Source: Hypanus sabinus (lineage: Eukaryota). From it: 64,000 nt of DNA. The stretch spans positions 17,298,001-17,362,000 of the forward strand of contig NC_082706.1 in NCBI RefSeq assembly GCF_030144855.1, given 5' to 3'. Below the pieces are notes generated by a model. That model was not told where the DNA came from. It saw only the letters and a program-made list of their open reading frames with translations, and ran no database searches. How positions within the stretch are numbered: the first letter of the stretch is position 1; every line of letters starts with the position of its first letter. A program made the translations under genes and the position numbers. This document shows, in pieces, positions 49,774 through 61,340 of this stretch.

Positions 49774-52740
49774 AAGCAATCGGTGCAGTATTTTACATTT
49801 AACAGATTGCTATTGTGTTGTGCTCTGTGTGGGAGGGGGAAGCAGAAACAGATTCAGCAGCAAAGTGGAGTCAATACACACCCTTCCATACCTGTAATAA
49901 TCCCACCTCCCATATTAATCCTATCACCTTGCACTTGGCCCATAGCCTTCTATTGACCCTGACCATCAACTATTGATTTATGCAAATCCTACACTAATCC
50001 AATTTTATCCTCTCTGCATGTCTATCAGCTCCCCCAGATGCTGATGGTTATCCGCAAGTTCAGTGGACTTATGCTGGCCAATTTACTTACCAACCCCCAT
50101 GTCCTTTGGAAAGTTGGGGAAAACAGGAGTATCCAAAGGAAGCTTATGTGGTCACAGGGTGAACATGCAAACTTCACATGGACAGCACCAGGAGTTAAGT
50201 TTGAACCCAAGAGATTGGAACTGTGAGGTAGTGGGGTCTAGTAACTGTGCCACTGTGCTGCCCAACATCCATTGAACAGAGAACAAACAGTAATTGAAAG
50301 AAAAGGGAATTTAGAGCCACAAACAATCCACTGGGCTAACTCTGATCGTTGAGCAGCATCGACAGGAGGAAAGAAACTGCCGACACTTCAGGTCAGAAGC
50401 CCTCATTGGGACTGAGAGTGGAGGTGGTGAGATTGCCTCTCTGCACCCAATCTGAAATGTCAGCAGTTACTTTCCTCCCACAGATACTGCTCGACCCACT
50501 GGGCTCCATCCACAGACTGTTTGTTGCTCCAACAATGTGTTGTGGTATTCCCCTGACTGCGCCACTCTCTGGGATTTAGCTGCTCCGCTGCTCTGGAGTA
50601 TAGCTAGCTGGCACCGTCGCTTTAAAGAATCCGGCACGCTCCCCTAATTGGTAGCCACCTTTTGCTGCCAAGATTTGGATATTTAAAGAGAACATGAACT
50701 CAGGTTTGGTGCTCAAAAGTCAGCTCAACTTTGGTTCATTCAGCGATTGTGATTAGGGTGCTTGTCTCTTGTGGATTCTCATCTAATCTTATCAGGTTCT
50801 CATCTAGCATCTAGTCAAGAACCCTATTCTCATCTCAGTCTCTAACTCGTCTGTCGATTCTATTCTCTGATACTGCAGCACTTGAGTCTTTACTATCTTC
50901 GCCGAGGCCTCTTGTCATGCAATATATATTTGATTCTTAGATTTATTCTATTGTGCCTGACATACAGAGACAGTGAACTAATCTTGTGGTATCTTCCATT
51001 ACACATGCCCAACAAGGTCTTATAATCACAAGGAAAGACAATTATCATAAATATTTGCACCTTTTGTGGACCTGTAGAGGACAAACATTTGCGCCACTTG
51101 TGGAGCGAAGAGACTGCTACAAGCAAGTGTGCCATCTTATCAAGTAGTTAGAGATTTGTAGGGCATGATTAATGCAATGGAAATTGCCAGACTGATCCTG
51201 AGAAGTGATAAGACAAATGGCCTTGGAGTCTGTAATAATTCAATGACAGTAATATATTTTCCTAATCCTAATCACACCTTCACAAAAACAAGATGTGATG
51301 TAACTTCACTTTGCGTCCTTTGCACTAAAATGGACAAAAATGCTCTATTGCAGTCGACTGAAGATTTCAATTAACTTTTATATAAGACCAGAAGATATAG
51401 AAGCAGAGCTAGGCTATTCCACATATAGTATGGTTGCATTTTACTGATATCCTATCCTGTATGTGCGAGGACTGAGCGTTGGAGCTGGTGTACTCCACTG
51501 GGGGTGGTGTGGTATGGCGTCCAAGCTGGAATGTTCAATCATTCAGAAGACAAGCTCTATCATGATCATTCATGTTCCATGGCTTGAGTTTGACCTCTTT
51601 TATTGTGTGGCTGCATCTTTTTACCTTATATGTGCTATGTGTGCTTTGAGCTGTGTGTGACTGTTGGTTCTGTGTTTTGTGCCTTGGTCCTGAAGTAACG
51701 CTATCTCATAGGGCTGTACTCATGGGTATTCATGTATGGCTGAATGACAAATAAACAAATTCAATTTTGTTTGAATTATGTTCTTTCTGGTAAAAATTGT
51801 ATGGAATTTCTATTTAAGTTTTTCATCACAGGCACCTTATCTGATTCTAGTTGCCTTTGATGCTGCTGCGTAAGCTTTTCATTGAACCTGAGTGCATTCC
51901 TGTACTTATCAACAAACTTGACTTTGACTACAGTCCTGATGAAGGGTCTGGGACTTAAATTGTTGGCACTTTATTGCCCTCCATAGCTGCTGCCTGACCT
52001 GCTCATTTCATCCTGCATTTTGTGTGTGTTACTCTGGATTTCCGGCCTTTCTTGTGTCTTTGACTTTCACTTATTTTACCAAGCATCTTAATTGTGGGAT
52101 CTTCGGTTATTCTTCAAGCACTGAATCAGATCTTCTTATGCACCAGAATTTCTACCACCTTGTTGTCTGATAGTGGAAGGCGTTTAAGTGGGACAACCCC
52201 AGACATGAAAAGATATTTCCCATTGATAATGCACACAGCCATTAAGATAAGGCCACCTTAGTTCTAAGATAGACCTTATCTTTAGATGATAGTACAGAAG
52301 CACTTCCCATTAGCAATGGGTTATCTTGCTTGATGTCAGCTGATCATCTGCCCAAAACCCCATTCATTTCTGTTTCTGAGCTCATCCAAACATTCCCCTT
52401 CAGTTTCTGTTCAGGCAGCAGATTAGTTTTGGGGCCTGACAGTCTTTTTCTTCTTCTTAAATACGCCCTTGGGATTCAGGGTGAGCTACTTCCCAACCCT
52501 GGTTTTATGGGACCTGAGGCAACTGAACGGGCCAGCAGACACTTCCACAGATGAGGCAGGGGGTATCTTGTGGGGTGGGTGACTATGTAGCTTGTGAGCT
52601 GGCCGGTTTTCTCTACAGAGACAGAAAAGACATTATCGTCAAAATATTATCGCCGTTGACAAATTAATCTTCTTTCATTCTATAAATTGTCTTTGATTAA
52701 CTGGCACTTGTGATAATAGACTATCACCAACAAGAACATA

Positions 52741-53058
52741 TGATAGGTGATGAATAAGTTTGTGGCCTAAGGTAGAAGGAGGTGAGTTATTAACTTCAAA
52801 CTTTCTGCATAATTACTCAAAAAGTTGAACTGCACGTGCCTGTAATGAGAGCTGTATAACTCATCTCCTTCTACCACAAGCCACGAACTTCTCAATCAGC
52901 TATCTGTGGACACTTCTGGAGGTCCCAGATCCCTGTGCTCCACAATGCTGGACTAAATGTGTAAATGGAGGAGGGGACTATATTGAAAAATAAATGTGCT
53001 AGGTTTTCTAAAATCGACTTCTTCTACCTTAGGCCACAAACTTATCAATCACCCCTCG
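52741..53058. mobile_element. Mariner-derived MITE, copy 2 (short form), inserted in a CR1 tail
   Basis: Same TIR and WTKCVNGGGDYIEK* remnant; TA on the left; interrupts agaacata/gaacatagaa. Confidence 0.85.
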
Positions 53059-55740
53059 CAGAACATAGAACAGTATAGCACAGGAATCGACCCTTTGGCC
53101 CACAATGTTGCATTGAACCAATTAAATCAGTAATCAAAAGGTTAATTAAGCAAATCCTACCTACGTAATATCCATATCCTTCCATTTCCCTCACATTCAT
53201 GTGCCTATCTAAATATCTCTTAGAAGTTCCTAACGTATCTTGTTCTGCCCCCATCCAGGCAATGCATTTCAGGCACTCACTACTCTGTCTAAAGAATTTG
53301 CCCCTCAGATCTCCTTAAAAATTACCTCCTCTCGCCTTAAATGCATGCCCTCTGTTATTAGACATTTCAACCCTGAGAAAAAAAATACTGTCTACCTACT
53401 GTCTCTATTCCTCTCATAATCTTTTAAGCCTCTATCAGATGTCCCTTCATTCCCAAAAAAGCATCCGGAGTTTCTTCAACCTCTCATTGTAGCACATGCT
53501 CTCTAATCCAGGCACGTTCCTTGTAACCTCTTAAGCACCCTCTCCAAAGGATCAATAACCTTCCTGTAATTGAATTGAATTGAGTTTATTATTTGAATCC
53601 TTCATATACACGAGGAGTAAAAATCTTTATGGTACATCTCCGTCTAAGTGTGCAATGTGCAATTTATAGTAATTTGTAATAAATAGTATGTACAACAGGA
53701 CAGTCAATATAACATACAAATACAATTGTATCAGTGTGAACTAATCAGTCCGTTGGCTCTCAACTGTGCCCTTGTAAAAATTTCTTAGGATCTGGGGCCA
53801 TACCAAACTTCTTCCACCATCGGTGGGAAAGAAGTGACCAGAACTGTATGCAATCCCATCCCTAAGAATTCTCTCCAGCAACTTCCTTGCTGCTGACATG
53901 ACATATCGGTACCTAGTCCCCAGAATCATCCCTGGTACCCTTCTTGATCAACGGAACAACGTTAGCTACTCATCAGTCCTTTCAGAGCTCAGCTGTGGCC
54001 AGAAAAGACACAAAGATAGTGGTCAAGGCTCCAGCAATCTCTTCACTTGTCACTCTCAGTAAACTGGGGTTTAATCCCATTAAGCCTTGGAGACTGAATT
54101 GTACTTTTAAGGAACCCCATACTACATCCTCCTTTACGTTGAAATGCTCTAGCTTGGCACTGATCTCCCTATCCTCCCCTTTGTTCTCCTTGATAAACAC
54201 TGATGTAAAGTACAAATTAAGGACCACAACCACATTCTTTGCATCCAAGCAAATGTCGTCCCTTTTGTCCTTTATCCTTGAGTGGTCCCACTCTTTCCCT
54301 AGTTATCCTTTTGCTCTTGATGTATAGTATGTATAGAATGCTTTGGGATTCTCTTCAACCCTCCTTGCCAAGGACTCTTCATGGACCTCCTTGGCTTTCC
54401 TAATTCCCATCTTGAGTTCTTTTCTGGCTTCTTTACAACCTCAAAGGTTTCGTTTGATTCTAGCTTCCTAAGTTTTACATACTTTTCCTTTTTTATTCTT
54501 GACCAAATTCATCTCCTTCCTTGACATCCAACGTTCTCTTACCTTGCCATCGTTTTCTTTCCCTTTGATTAGAACATACCTGCCATAGTCTTTAAACATC
54601 CTCCACATCTAGGATGTGGACTTTTCCTAAAATAGCAGCCCCAATCAACTCTCCCTAGTTCCTGCCTAATGTAGTTTGCCCTGCACCAATTTAACACTCT
54701 CCTGCAGGGTTTATGCTTATCCTTATCCATAGCTATCTAAAAGTTTAAGGAGATGTGGTCACTGTTCCTGACCCGTTCACCCATTTTAATGCCCACCATC
54801 TGGCCAGGCCTATTACTCAACACCATATCCAGTACAGCCACTCCTCTTTTGGACTATTTACATATTAATTTAAGAAACCCTCATGGAGTTATCTAACAAA
54901 TTTTGCCCTAACTAATCCTCTTGCACTAAGAATGCCCCAGTTTATACTTGTGAAGTTGAAGTCCCAATGACAACAACATCTGCCTTCAAATCTATTCCTC
55001 AGTGTCCCAGTGACTACTGGGGGTGGGGGGGCATAGCTGTAGTACAATGTCACCAGAGTGATTACGCCCTTTCTATTTTTGAGTTCTACACATATAGACT
55101 CAGTTGATGAACCCCACGAGTGCAGCTGTGATATTGTTTTTGATTAGTAGTGCAACTCCCCTCCCACTTTTACCTCCATCTCTATCTTTACTGAAACATT
55201 GAAAACCTGGAATATTAAGCACCCCTTCCTGTTTTTTTCTCAATCAAGTCTCTGTAGTGGCCACAATGTCATCAATCTATATACTGATCTGTGCTCTAAG
55301 TTCATCACCTTTATCCATGAAATTGCTAGCATTAAAATGCACATACTTCAAGCTATCTGTCCTACACATCTACTCCTTCACTCCTTCTTGTTCTTACTGG
55401 CCCTGAAGTTTACCTTCTTCTGCATCCCTCTACTTTCTGACTTGGTGCTCTGGTTCCCATCCCCCTGACAAACGAGTTGAAACCCTCCAAGATGTAGTCA
55501 TTAGGGAGGCTGTTAGGTACCCTGAGATCCCACATCTTAAAGGAGATGTATTCTACTTGCTTAACCATCCTGCCTACACTGAACTAAGGACTAGGGATTT
55601 ACAGACAATAAGAAAAACTTACCTGTTCTTACCTGTGCCTTCTCTCTGATACCTTTGTGTTTTAAACTCATCTAGGTCCCTTACTGAGCCTCCTTGCACT
55701 GGACTTGTTATATCTTTGGCTCCAACTTCTCAAGCCCAAA
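53059..55740 (-). mobile_element. CR1 retaining both ends but with large internal deletions; Rex1 3' insert at ~53572-53820
   Basis: ORF1 N-terminal-like MWDL...SLPNDYI (~55490-55556), endonuclease remnants, KLLERILRD joined directly to CIQFWS, and CR1 tail. Confidence 0.75.
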
Positions 55741-55779
55741 TTCCACAATCAAAACAAACCATGATAAATGACTCCAAAT

Positions 55780-56885
55780 CAGCATCAGGTTTATCACCGG
55801 TATGTGATGTGAGATTTGTTAACTTAGCAGCTGCAGTTCAATGTAATACATAATATAGAAGAAAATAATAAATAAATAAATAAATAAATCTTATTCAGTA
55901 TACTTTATACCGTATGCGTATATGGAGTAGAATAAAAATTGTGCAAAAAGCAGAAATACAATATATTTTTTTAAAGTGAGGTTGTGTCCAAGGGTTCAAT
56001 GTCCATTTAGGAATCAGATGGCAGAGGGGAAGAAGCTGTTCCTGAATCGCTGAGTGTGTGCCTTCAGACCTCTGTATCTCCTACCTGATGGTAACAGTGA
56101 GAAAAAGGCATGCTCTGGGTACTGGAGGTCTTTAATACTAGACTTTCTGAGACACCACTCCTTGAAGACGTCCTGGGCACTTTGTAGGCTAGTACCCAAG
56201 ATGGAGATGATTAGATTTACAATCCTCTGCAGCTTCTTTCGGTCCTGTGCAGTAGAACCTCCGCGTCCACCCCCCCCCCCCCCACATACTAGACAGTGAT
56301 GCAGCCTGTCAGAATGCTCTTTACAGTACATCTAAAGTTTTTGAGTGTATTTGTTGACATACGAAATCCCCTCAAACTCCTAATAAAGTATAGCAGCCGT
56401 CTTGCCTTCTTAATAACTGCATCGATGTGTTGAGACCAGTCTAGATCCTCAGAGATCTTGACACCCTGGAACTTAAAACTGCTCACTCTCTCTACTTCTG
56501 ATCTCTCTATGAAGATTGGTATGTGTTCCTTCGTCTTACCCTTTCGGAAATCCACAATCAATTCTTTCGTCTTACTGATATTGAGTGCCAGGTTGTTTCT
56601 ACAGCACCACTCCACTAGTTGTCATATCTCACTCCTGTACACCCTCCCATCATCATCTGAGATTCTACCAACAATAATTGTATCATTAGCAAATTTATAG
56701 ATGGAATTTGAGCTCTGCCTAGCCACACAGTCATGGGTATAGAGAGAGTAGAGTAGTGGGCTAAACACCCACCCCTGAAGTGCACCAGCGTTGATCGTCA
56801 GCAAGGAGGAGATGTTAGCACCAATCTACACAGATTGTGGTCTACCAGTTAGGAAGTCGAGAAATTGCAGAGGGAGATGCGGAGG
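55780..56885 (-). mobile_element. Rex1/Babar LINE RT C-terminal half and 3' end
   Basis: GALQGWVFSPLLYSLYTHDC, KFANDT, NNLALNISKTKELIVDFRK, LLPSGRRYR. Confidence 0.92.
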
Positions 56886-57696
56886 CATTAATTCTCACCA
56901 AATCCTGTTGAGCCAAAGTCACTTTCACATTGGCCCACTCCGACGACGGCAGCTCCACTTACACCTCACTTCTTTTTATTGGCTCAAATAAATCTCACTT
57001 CTGATGAGCCTTGTTCTTTTCAAATGGCACCATCCTGTAACGATGCCACTCTCTCACTTGCTAATTCAATTATAGCTGGAGGAAAGGTATAATGAAGGAA
57101 CCATTTTAATATACGTAGCACCTTATGATACAGCTCAGAAACATTGTTAGCAGTTTTACAAGTCAAAACCCTTCATCTGAACTCAAATCTATTTTCCTTC
57201 ATTGCTGTTGCCTGACTCATTGAGCTTCTCCAGTACTTTTATGAAATAAACCTGTGTGTCTGTACATCAATAGAGTAACATCCAATAGTCCTGAAAATCT
57301 GCTGATACGGCACAACCTATCTCCCGAGAACAATGGATAATACTGTCTACAATTCCTCGGAGATGATGGAATATTTTTGTCATGGACCTTTGTTTCTTTC
57401 ACTCTCTCTCTCTTTTTCATATGTAAAACCCTCTACGTTTCTGAGTTGTATGATAAGGGGCTATGTATATGCAAATTTATCCCTTGTTACACCTTTCTTC
57501 CAGTTATAATTGGTGGTAGTCTATTCGCACAAGTGCCAGTTAATGAAAGATGATTTGTATTTGGTAGAAGGAAGGGGGATTAATTGGTTAAAGACATACA
57601 TTGGCTGTAAAGTCTCTCTTGTCTCTGTTTCTATAAGGAAAAAAAGTAGAACCTCAGCCTTTAAAATAAGAGATTATGCATATTTTTTGGAGTAAC

Positions 57697-58558
57697 TGTC
57701 ACGTTTCCTGTGACGGGTTAAAGAACCAGCAGAAATGGAAAACACATTGGAGTCTGGTATTGGTATTAATTAATAGTGTTTATTAGTAACTACACAATAC
57801 AGTAATATAAATGCAGATATATTATACAGGTTAGCAATGATATATATATAAAAGTGTGGACATAGGAACAAAACCAGGCTCTTTCAAACCCAGGGGTGAA
57901 TGTCTTATGATGATGAAGAAAGTTCCGTTCAGTTCATGGTAATCTGTTGAGTAGCATTGGAGAGAGAGAGAGAGAGAGAGAGAGAGGTGAGAGGTGAGCT
58001 GATGCTGTCAATCTTCCCGTTGTCCCTCGAAATTCCCATTGTGCTCCCAAATCCTTTTAAAGTCACCGACTGTGACCATAACAAAGGTGACCGTTCTTCC
58101 ATGGTGGAATTATTAGCCTAGGCAAAGGTTGGACACACAAATAACTCCCCACCGGTCAGACCTTTTCTACACTGCGAGAGCCACTGATTGATTTCCCCGA
58201 ATCGACCCTCCAAAACCAACCCCCCCCCACCTTCCTGGGGGTACAACAAAGCTTGTTCAGTGTCCAAAACCGTGTGTCTCTCTGACTATCAGCGGACCTG
58301 GTATTTATCTCCGCATGCTGGACACCAGCTGTCCATCAAACTGCTACTCCCTTCTCCCTTCTCTCTCTCTAAGAACTTTACAAGCAGGCAGTGTGGAAAG
58401 GTAAACAAGTTGCCAAGAAACCATAACATCAATCTTCCGAGCATTCTTTGCCTCTCTCTCTTTGTAACAGCTCAAACAGTGTCCAAAAGTCAGTCACATT
58501 CTCCTGACATTTTAAAGTAATAATCCACAGAAAATATGAACCCTAGGGGTAGGTAACA
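57697..58558 (-). mobile_element. Solo LTR family C (862 bp)
   Basis: TGTCAC...GTAACA ends, TSD TAAC (57693-57696 and 58559-58562), tttatt near 57780, internal (GA)n. Confidence 0.85.
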
Positions 58559-58559
58559 T

Positions 58560-59097
58560 AACACATAAAAAATGCTGGAGGAATTCAGCAGATCAGGCAG
58601 CATCTATGGAGAGATATGAACAGCTGATACCTCTGACAGAGATCTTTCATCAAAACATCAGCGTTTATTCTCTCCACCCTGAAATGTGAACTGCTTATTC
58701 CTCTCCAACTCAAAACATCGACTGTGTCTCTCCATAATGAAGTGTCACGGTCTGGAAGGTCAACAGTTTATTCCTCTTCATTGTGATGAAGAGTGTTGGC
58801 TGAAAATATTAACTCTTTATTACTCTACATTCTGAGAACGATCCTTGACTTGAAATATCAATTATTTATTCCTCTCCATTCTGTTGAAAGTTATCAGTAC
58901 AAAACATTTATTGTTTACTCCTCTCCATTCGAGCTGAAGGAATTCAGCTCGAAATGTTCACTGCTTATTCCTCTCCGTTTTGTTGAAGGGTCTCGGCTGT
59001 TTGCTCTTTTCCATTGCTGATGCCTGACCTGCTGAGTACCTCCAACATTTTGCGTGTGTTGCTTGGATTGCCAGCATCTGCAGGTTTTCTCATGTTT
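58560..59097. mobile_element. Inverted Penelope-like termini enclosing a ~49-bp tandem array of degenerate hammerhead-like units
   Basis: The unit ~gaaacgtcgactgtttattcctctccattctgatgaagggtctcggccc recurs at about 58712, 58754, 58803, 58852, 58901 and 58951. Confidence 0.75.
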
Positions 59098-59132
59098 TTA
59101 AAACATTAGTTGTTGTATCCTCTCCCATAGAT

Positions 59133-59212
59133 CAAGAGACCCCAGTACTCTATATGTCACGGACCCCTACCATTAACCGAGGGGTCCATGGATCCCAGAT
59201 TGGGGACTCTTG
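59133..59212 (-). mobile_element. Tiny hAT-type MITE inside a Penelope-like repeat
   Basis: Family core ggacccctaccattaaccgaggggtcca; TSD ccatagat/ccatggct. Confidence 0.7.
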
Positions 59213-59466
59213 CCATGGCTGCTGTTTGACCTGCTGAGTTCCTCCAGCACTTTGTTACTTCAAAACTTTCATCTTTGAGACTGCTTCCACTGACTGCATC
59301 CACATAATATAAATTCAGTTTTAATTTAATCATAAACAAGCATCAGAATTATTTGGTAATCTGTTAGAGAGGGGACATGGAAAGATACAGAACATAATTA
59401 TAGCTCCTTGTATAAACACAAGTTGTCAGATTGAGAAGGGGATGTCATTAAATCTCTTTCGAATCA

Positions 59467-59828
59467 GCATCATCTTTATGTGCCATGTCATATGATGTGG
59501 GTGATCATGGTCCATGACCATGATTATGCTGAGCAAATTCTACAGAAGTGGCTTCCCATTGCCTTCTTCAGGGCAGAATCTTTATAAGATGGGTGACACC
59601 AGCCACTATCAAAACTCCTCAGAAATTGTCTGTGTGGCATCAGTGATTGCATAACCAGAATTTGTGATGTGCACTAGCTGTTCATACAACCACCTACCAC
59701 CTGCTCCCTTGGCTTCATATGACCCTGACTGGGGGGGCAGGTGCCTAAGCAGGTGCTACGCACTGCCCAAGGGTGACCTGCAGACTATTGGAGGGAAGGA
59801 GTGGCTTTGGTAGTGAGGTATCTCCACC
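59467..59828 (-). mobile_element. RTE-related SINE, near full length
   Basis: Reverse homolog of 26787-27395 with a (cat)n tail. Confidence 0.7.
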
Positions 59829-59919
59829 CTGCTACCTAATTTAAGAAACATCTAGATGAATAATGAAATTGCCAAAGACACAGGATACTATAGAACTAAA
59901 CTGAAAATAAGATAAATGT

Positions 59920-60150
59920 AAAATTGATGTCATGGACGTTGTGGCCCACTGGGTTTGTTTTTGCGCTGTAGGACTCTGCAACAACGAATCAACAAGGAGT
60001 GTTGTGGATATTGGCTGTGAATCTCGATCACTCAGCAGTCCAAGGTTCTCCACTATCCCAATTCAGAAGTGCATCAGCATTTTCTTCATTATTGCTGAGC
60101 CCAAACTCAGAAAATCTACGTCCAACTGTAGTGTCAATACATAGACAAGA
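59920..60150 (-). pseudogene. Unidentified fossil coding sequence, copy 1
   Basis: VLTLQLDVDFLSLGSAIMKKMLMHF*IGIVENLGLLSDRDSQPISTTLLVD; aligns codon by codon with 60686-60836. Confidence 0.5.
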
Positions 60151-60159
60151 AAATGGGGC

Positions 60160-60425
60160 ATGGGCAGCGTAGTGGTCAGCGCAACGCTTTGCAGTGCAGG
60201 TGGCCCAAGTTCAATTCCCGCTGCTGCTTGTAAGGAGTTTGTACATTCTCCCTGTGGCCGCGTGGGTTTCCTCTAGAATCTCCAGTTTCCTCCCACAGTC
60301 CAAAGATGTACCCGTTGGCAGATTAATTGGCCATTGCAAATTTGCCAAAAAATTTTGGATTAAATTGGAGGGGGGGTGGTGTTGCTGGATGACGTGGCCC
60401 AAAAGGCTGAAGGGCAATAAATAAA
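60160..60425 (+). mobile_element. V-domain SINE
   Basis: tRNA-like head (gtagtggtcagc, gttcaattccc), V-domain, (aata)n end. Confidence 0.8.
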
Positions 60426-60469
60426 TAAATATGCCTTTAAAACTATCCTCACAAACGCAGTTCAGATTA

Positions 60470-60880
60470 TCAATGGGATCCAGTCCCAGCAGCGATAGCC
60501 ACATCTCATGAACAATTAAATGAGTGAGCAATAGCAGTCAAATTCAAAACGTGTTGTGAATGCAACACTTTAACTCTCTGCACTTTGCTCCTAACCACTG
60601 ATATGTGGAGGGAATCATATAGGGAGACTCCTTTGATGCCTTCCATGAGCGCCAGGGGTAGCACGGTGAGCAAGTCACGGGGCTGTTCGACGAGGAGTGT
60701 TGGGGATATTGGCTACGTATCTCAATTATCCAGCAGTCCAGCATTCCCACTATTCCAATTCAGAAGTGCATTAACATTTCTTCATCATTGCTGAGTCCAA
60801 ATTCAGGAAATTTACATCCAACTGAATTTTCAATTCAGCTAATGAATCAAAACAATTAATTTTATAGATGTTGAATTAAA
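60470..60880 (-). pseudogene. Unidentified fossil coding sequence, copy 2
   Basis: ELKIQLDVNFLNLDSAMMKK(fs)LMHF*IGIV(fs)NAGLLDN*DT* then a 68-codon open stretch PISPTLLVEQPRDLLTVLPLALMEGIKGVSLYDSLHISVVRSKVQRVKVLHSQHVLNLTAIAHSFNCS. Confidence 0.5.
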
Positions 60881-60933
60881 AGCAACAAGATTGTTGTTTA
60901 AAAAATCTGTCGAGTTTACCACAATCTTTATTT

Positions 60934-61340
60934 AGCAACACGCACAAAATGCTGGAGGAATTCAGCAGACCAGGCAGCATCTATGGAAAAGGGTAAAGAG
61001 TCGATCTTTCGGGCCGAGACCTTTCACCAGGACTCTTCTGAGGAAGAATACGTGGCTGTGGTAGTGGGTTTGAGTGAAAAGTCAGGGGGCAGCAGAGGTT
61101 ACAGGGGGGTGCAGTGAGAGGGGGTCTCATTGAACTCCCATCAAAGGGAAGATTTAAACTTCTTCAGGGTAGGCATCCCTCGGAGAGATTTTGAGGTCTG
61201 TCACAAGCTCCGTCCCGATGAAGCGTTTCAGCCTGAAACATTGACTGTTTACCCTTTTCCATAGATGGTGCCCGGCCTGCTGATTTCCTCCAGCATTTTG
61301 TGTGCATTGTTTGGGATTTCCAGCATCTGCAGATTATCTT
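60934..61340. mobile_element. Penelope-like fold-back element with a hammerhead-like motif in each arm
   Basis: ~100-bp inverted arms; motifs at 60998-61035 (minus) and ~61212-61247 (plus). Confidence 0.8.

Noticed and set aside
50536-50925. Additional solo LTR
   Set aside because: It has a TG start, a TATA-like motif and a 3' resemblance to family B, but I could not verify a CA end or TSD.
58650-59000. CRISPR-like array
   Set aside because: The context is eukaryotic, there are no cas genes, and the apparent spacers are homologous to each other.
60120-60155. Splice acceptor defining the duplicated segment as tandem exons
   Set aside because: Similarity between the copies continues upstream of the CAG (VLTLQ versus ELKIQ), so the boundary is not a splice site.
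60160-60235. tRNA gene
   Set aside because: A/B-box-like motifs run straight into a V-domain SINE body, and no full cloverleaf is evident.
60650-60715. Faint resemblance of QPISPTLL...PRDLLTVL to the filovirus VP40 C-terminus
   Set aside because: Only a few residues, recalled from memory; not supportable without a profile search.
59932-60794. Plus-strand ORFs 59932-60144 and 60585-60794 as the real coding frame
   Set aside because: Replacements between the copies are radical in this frame and conservative in the overlapping minus frame, so these look like antisense shadows.
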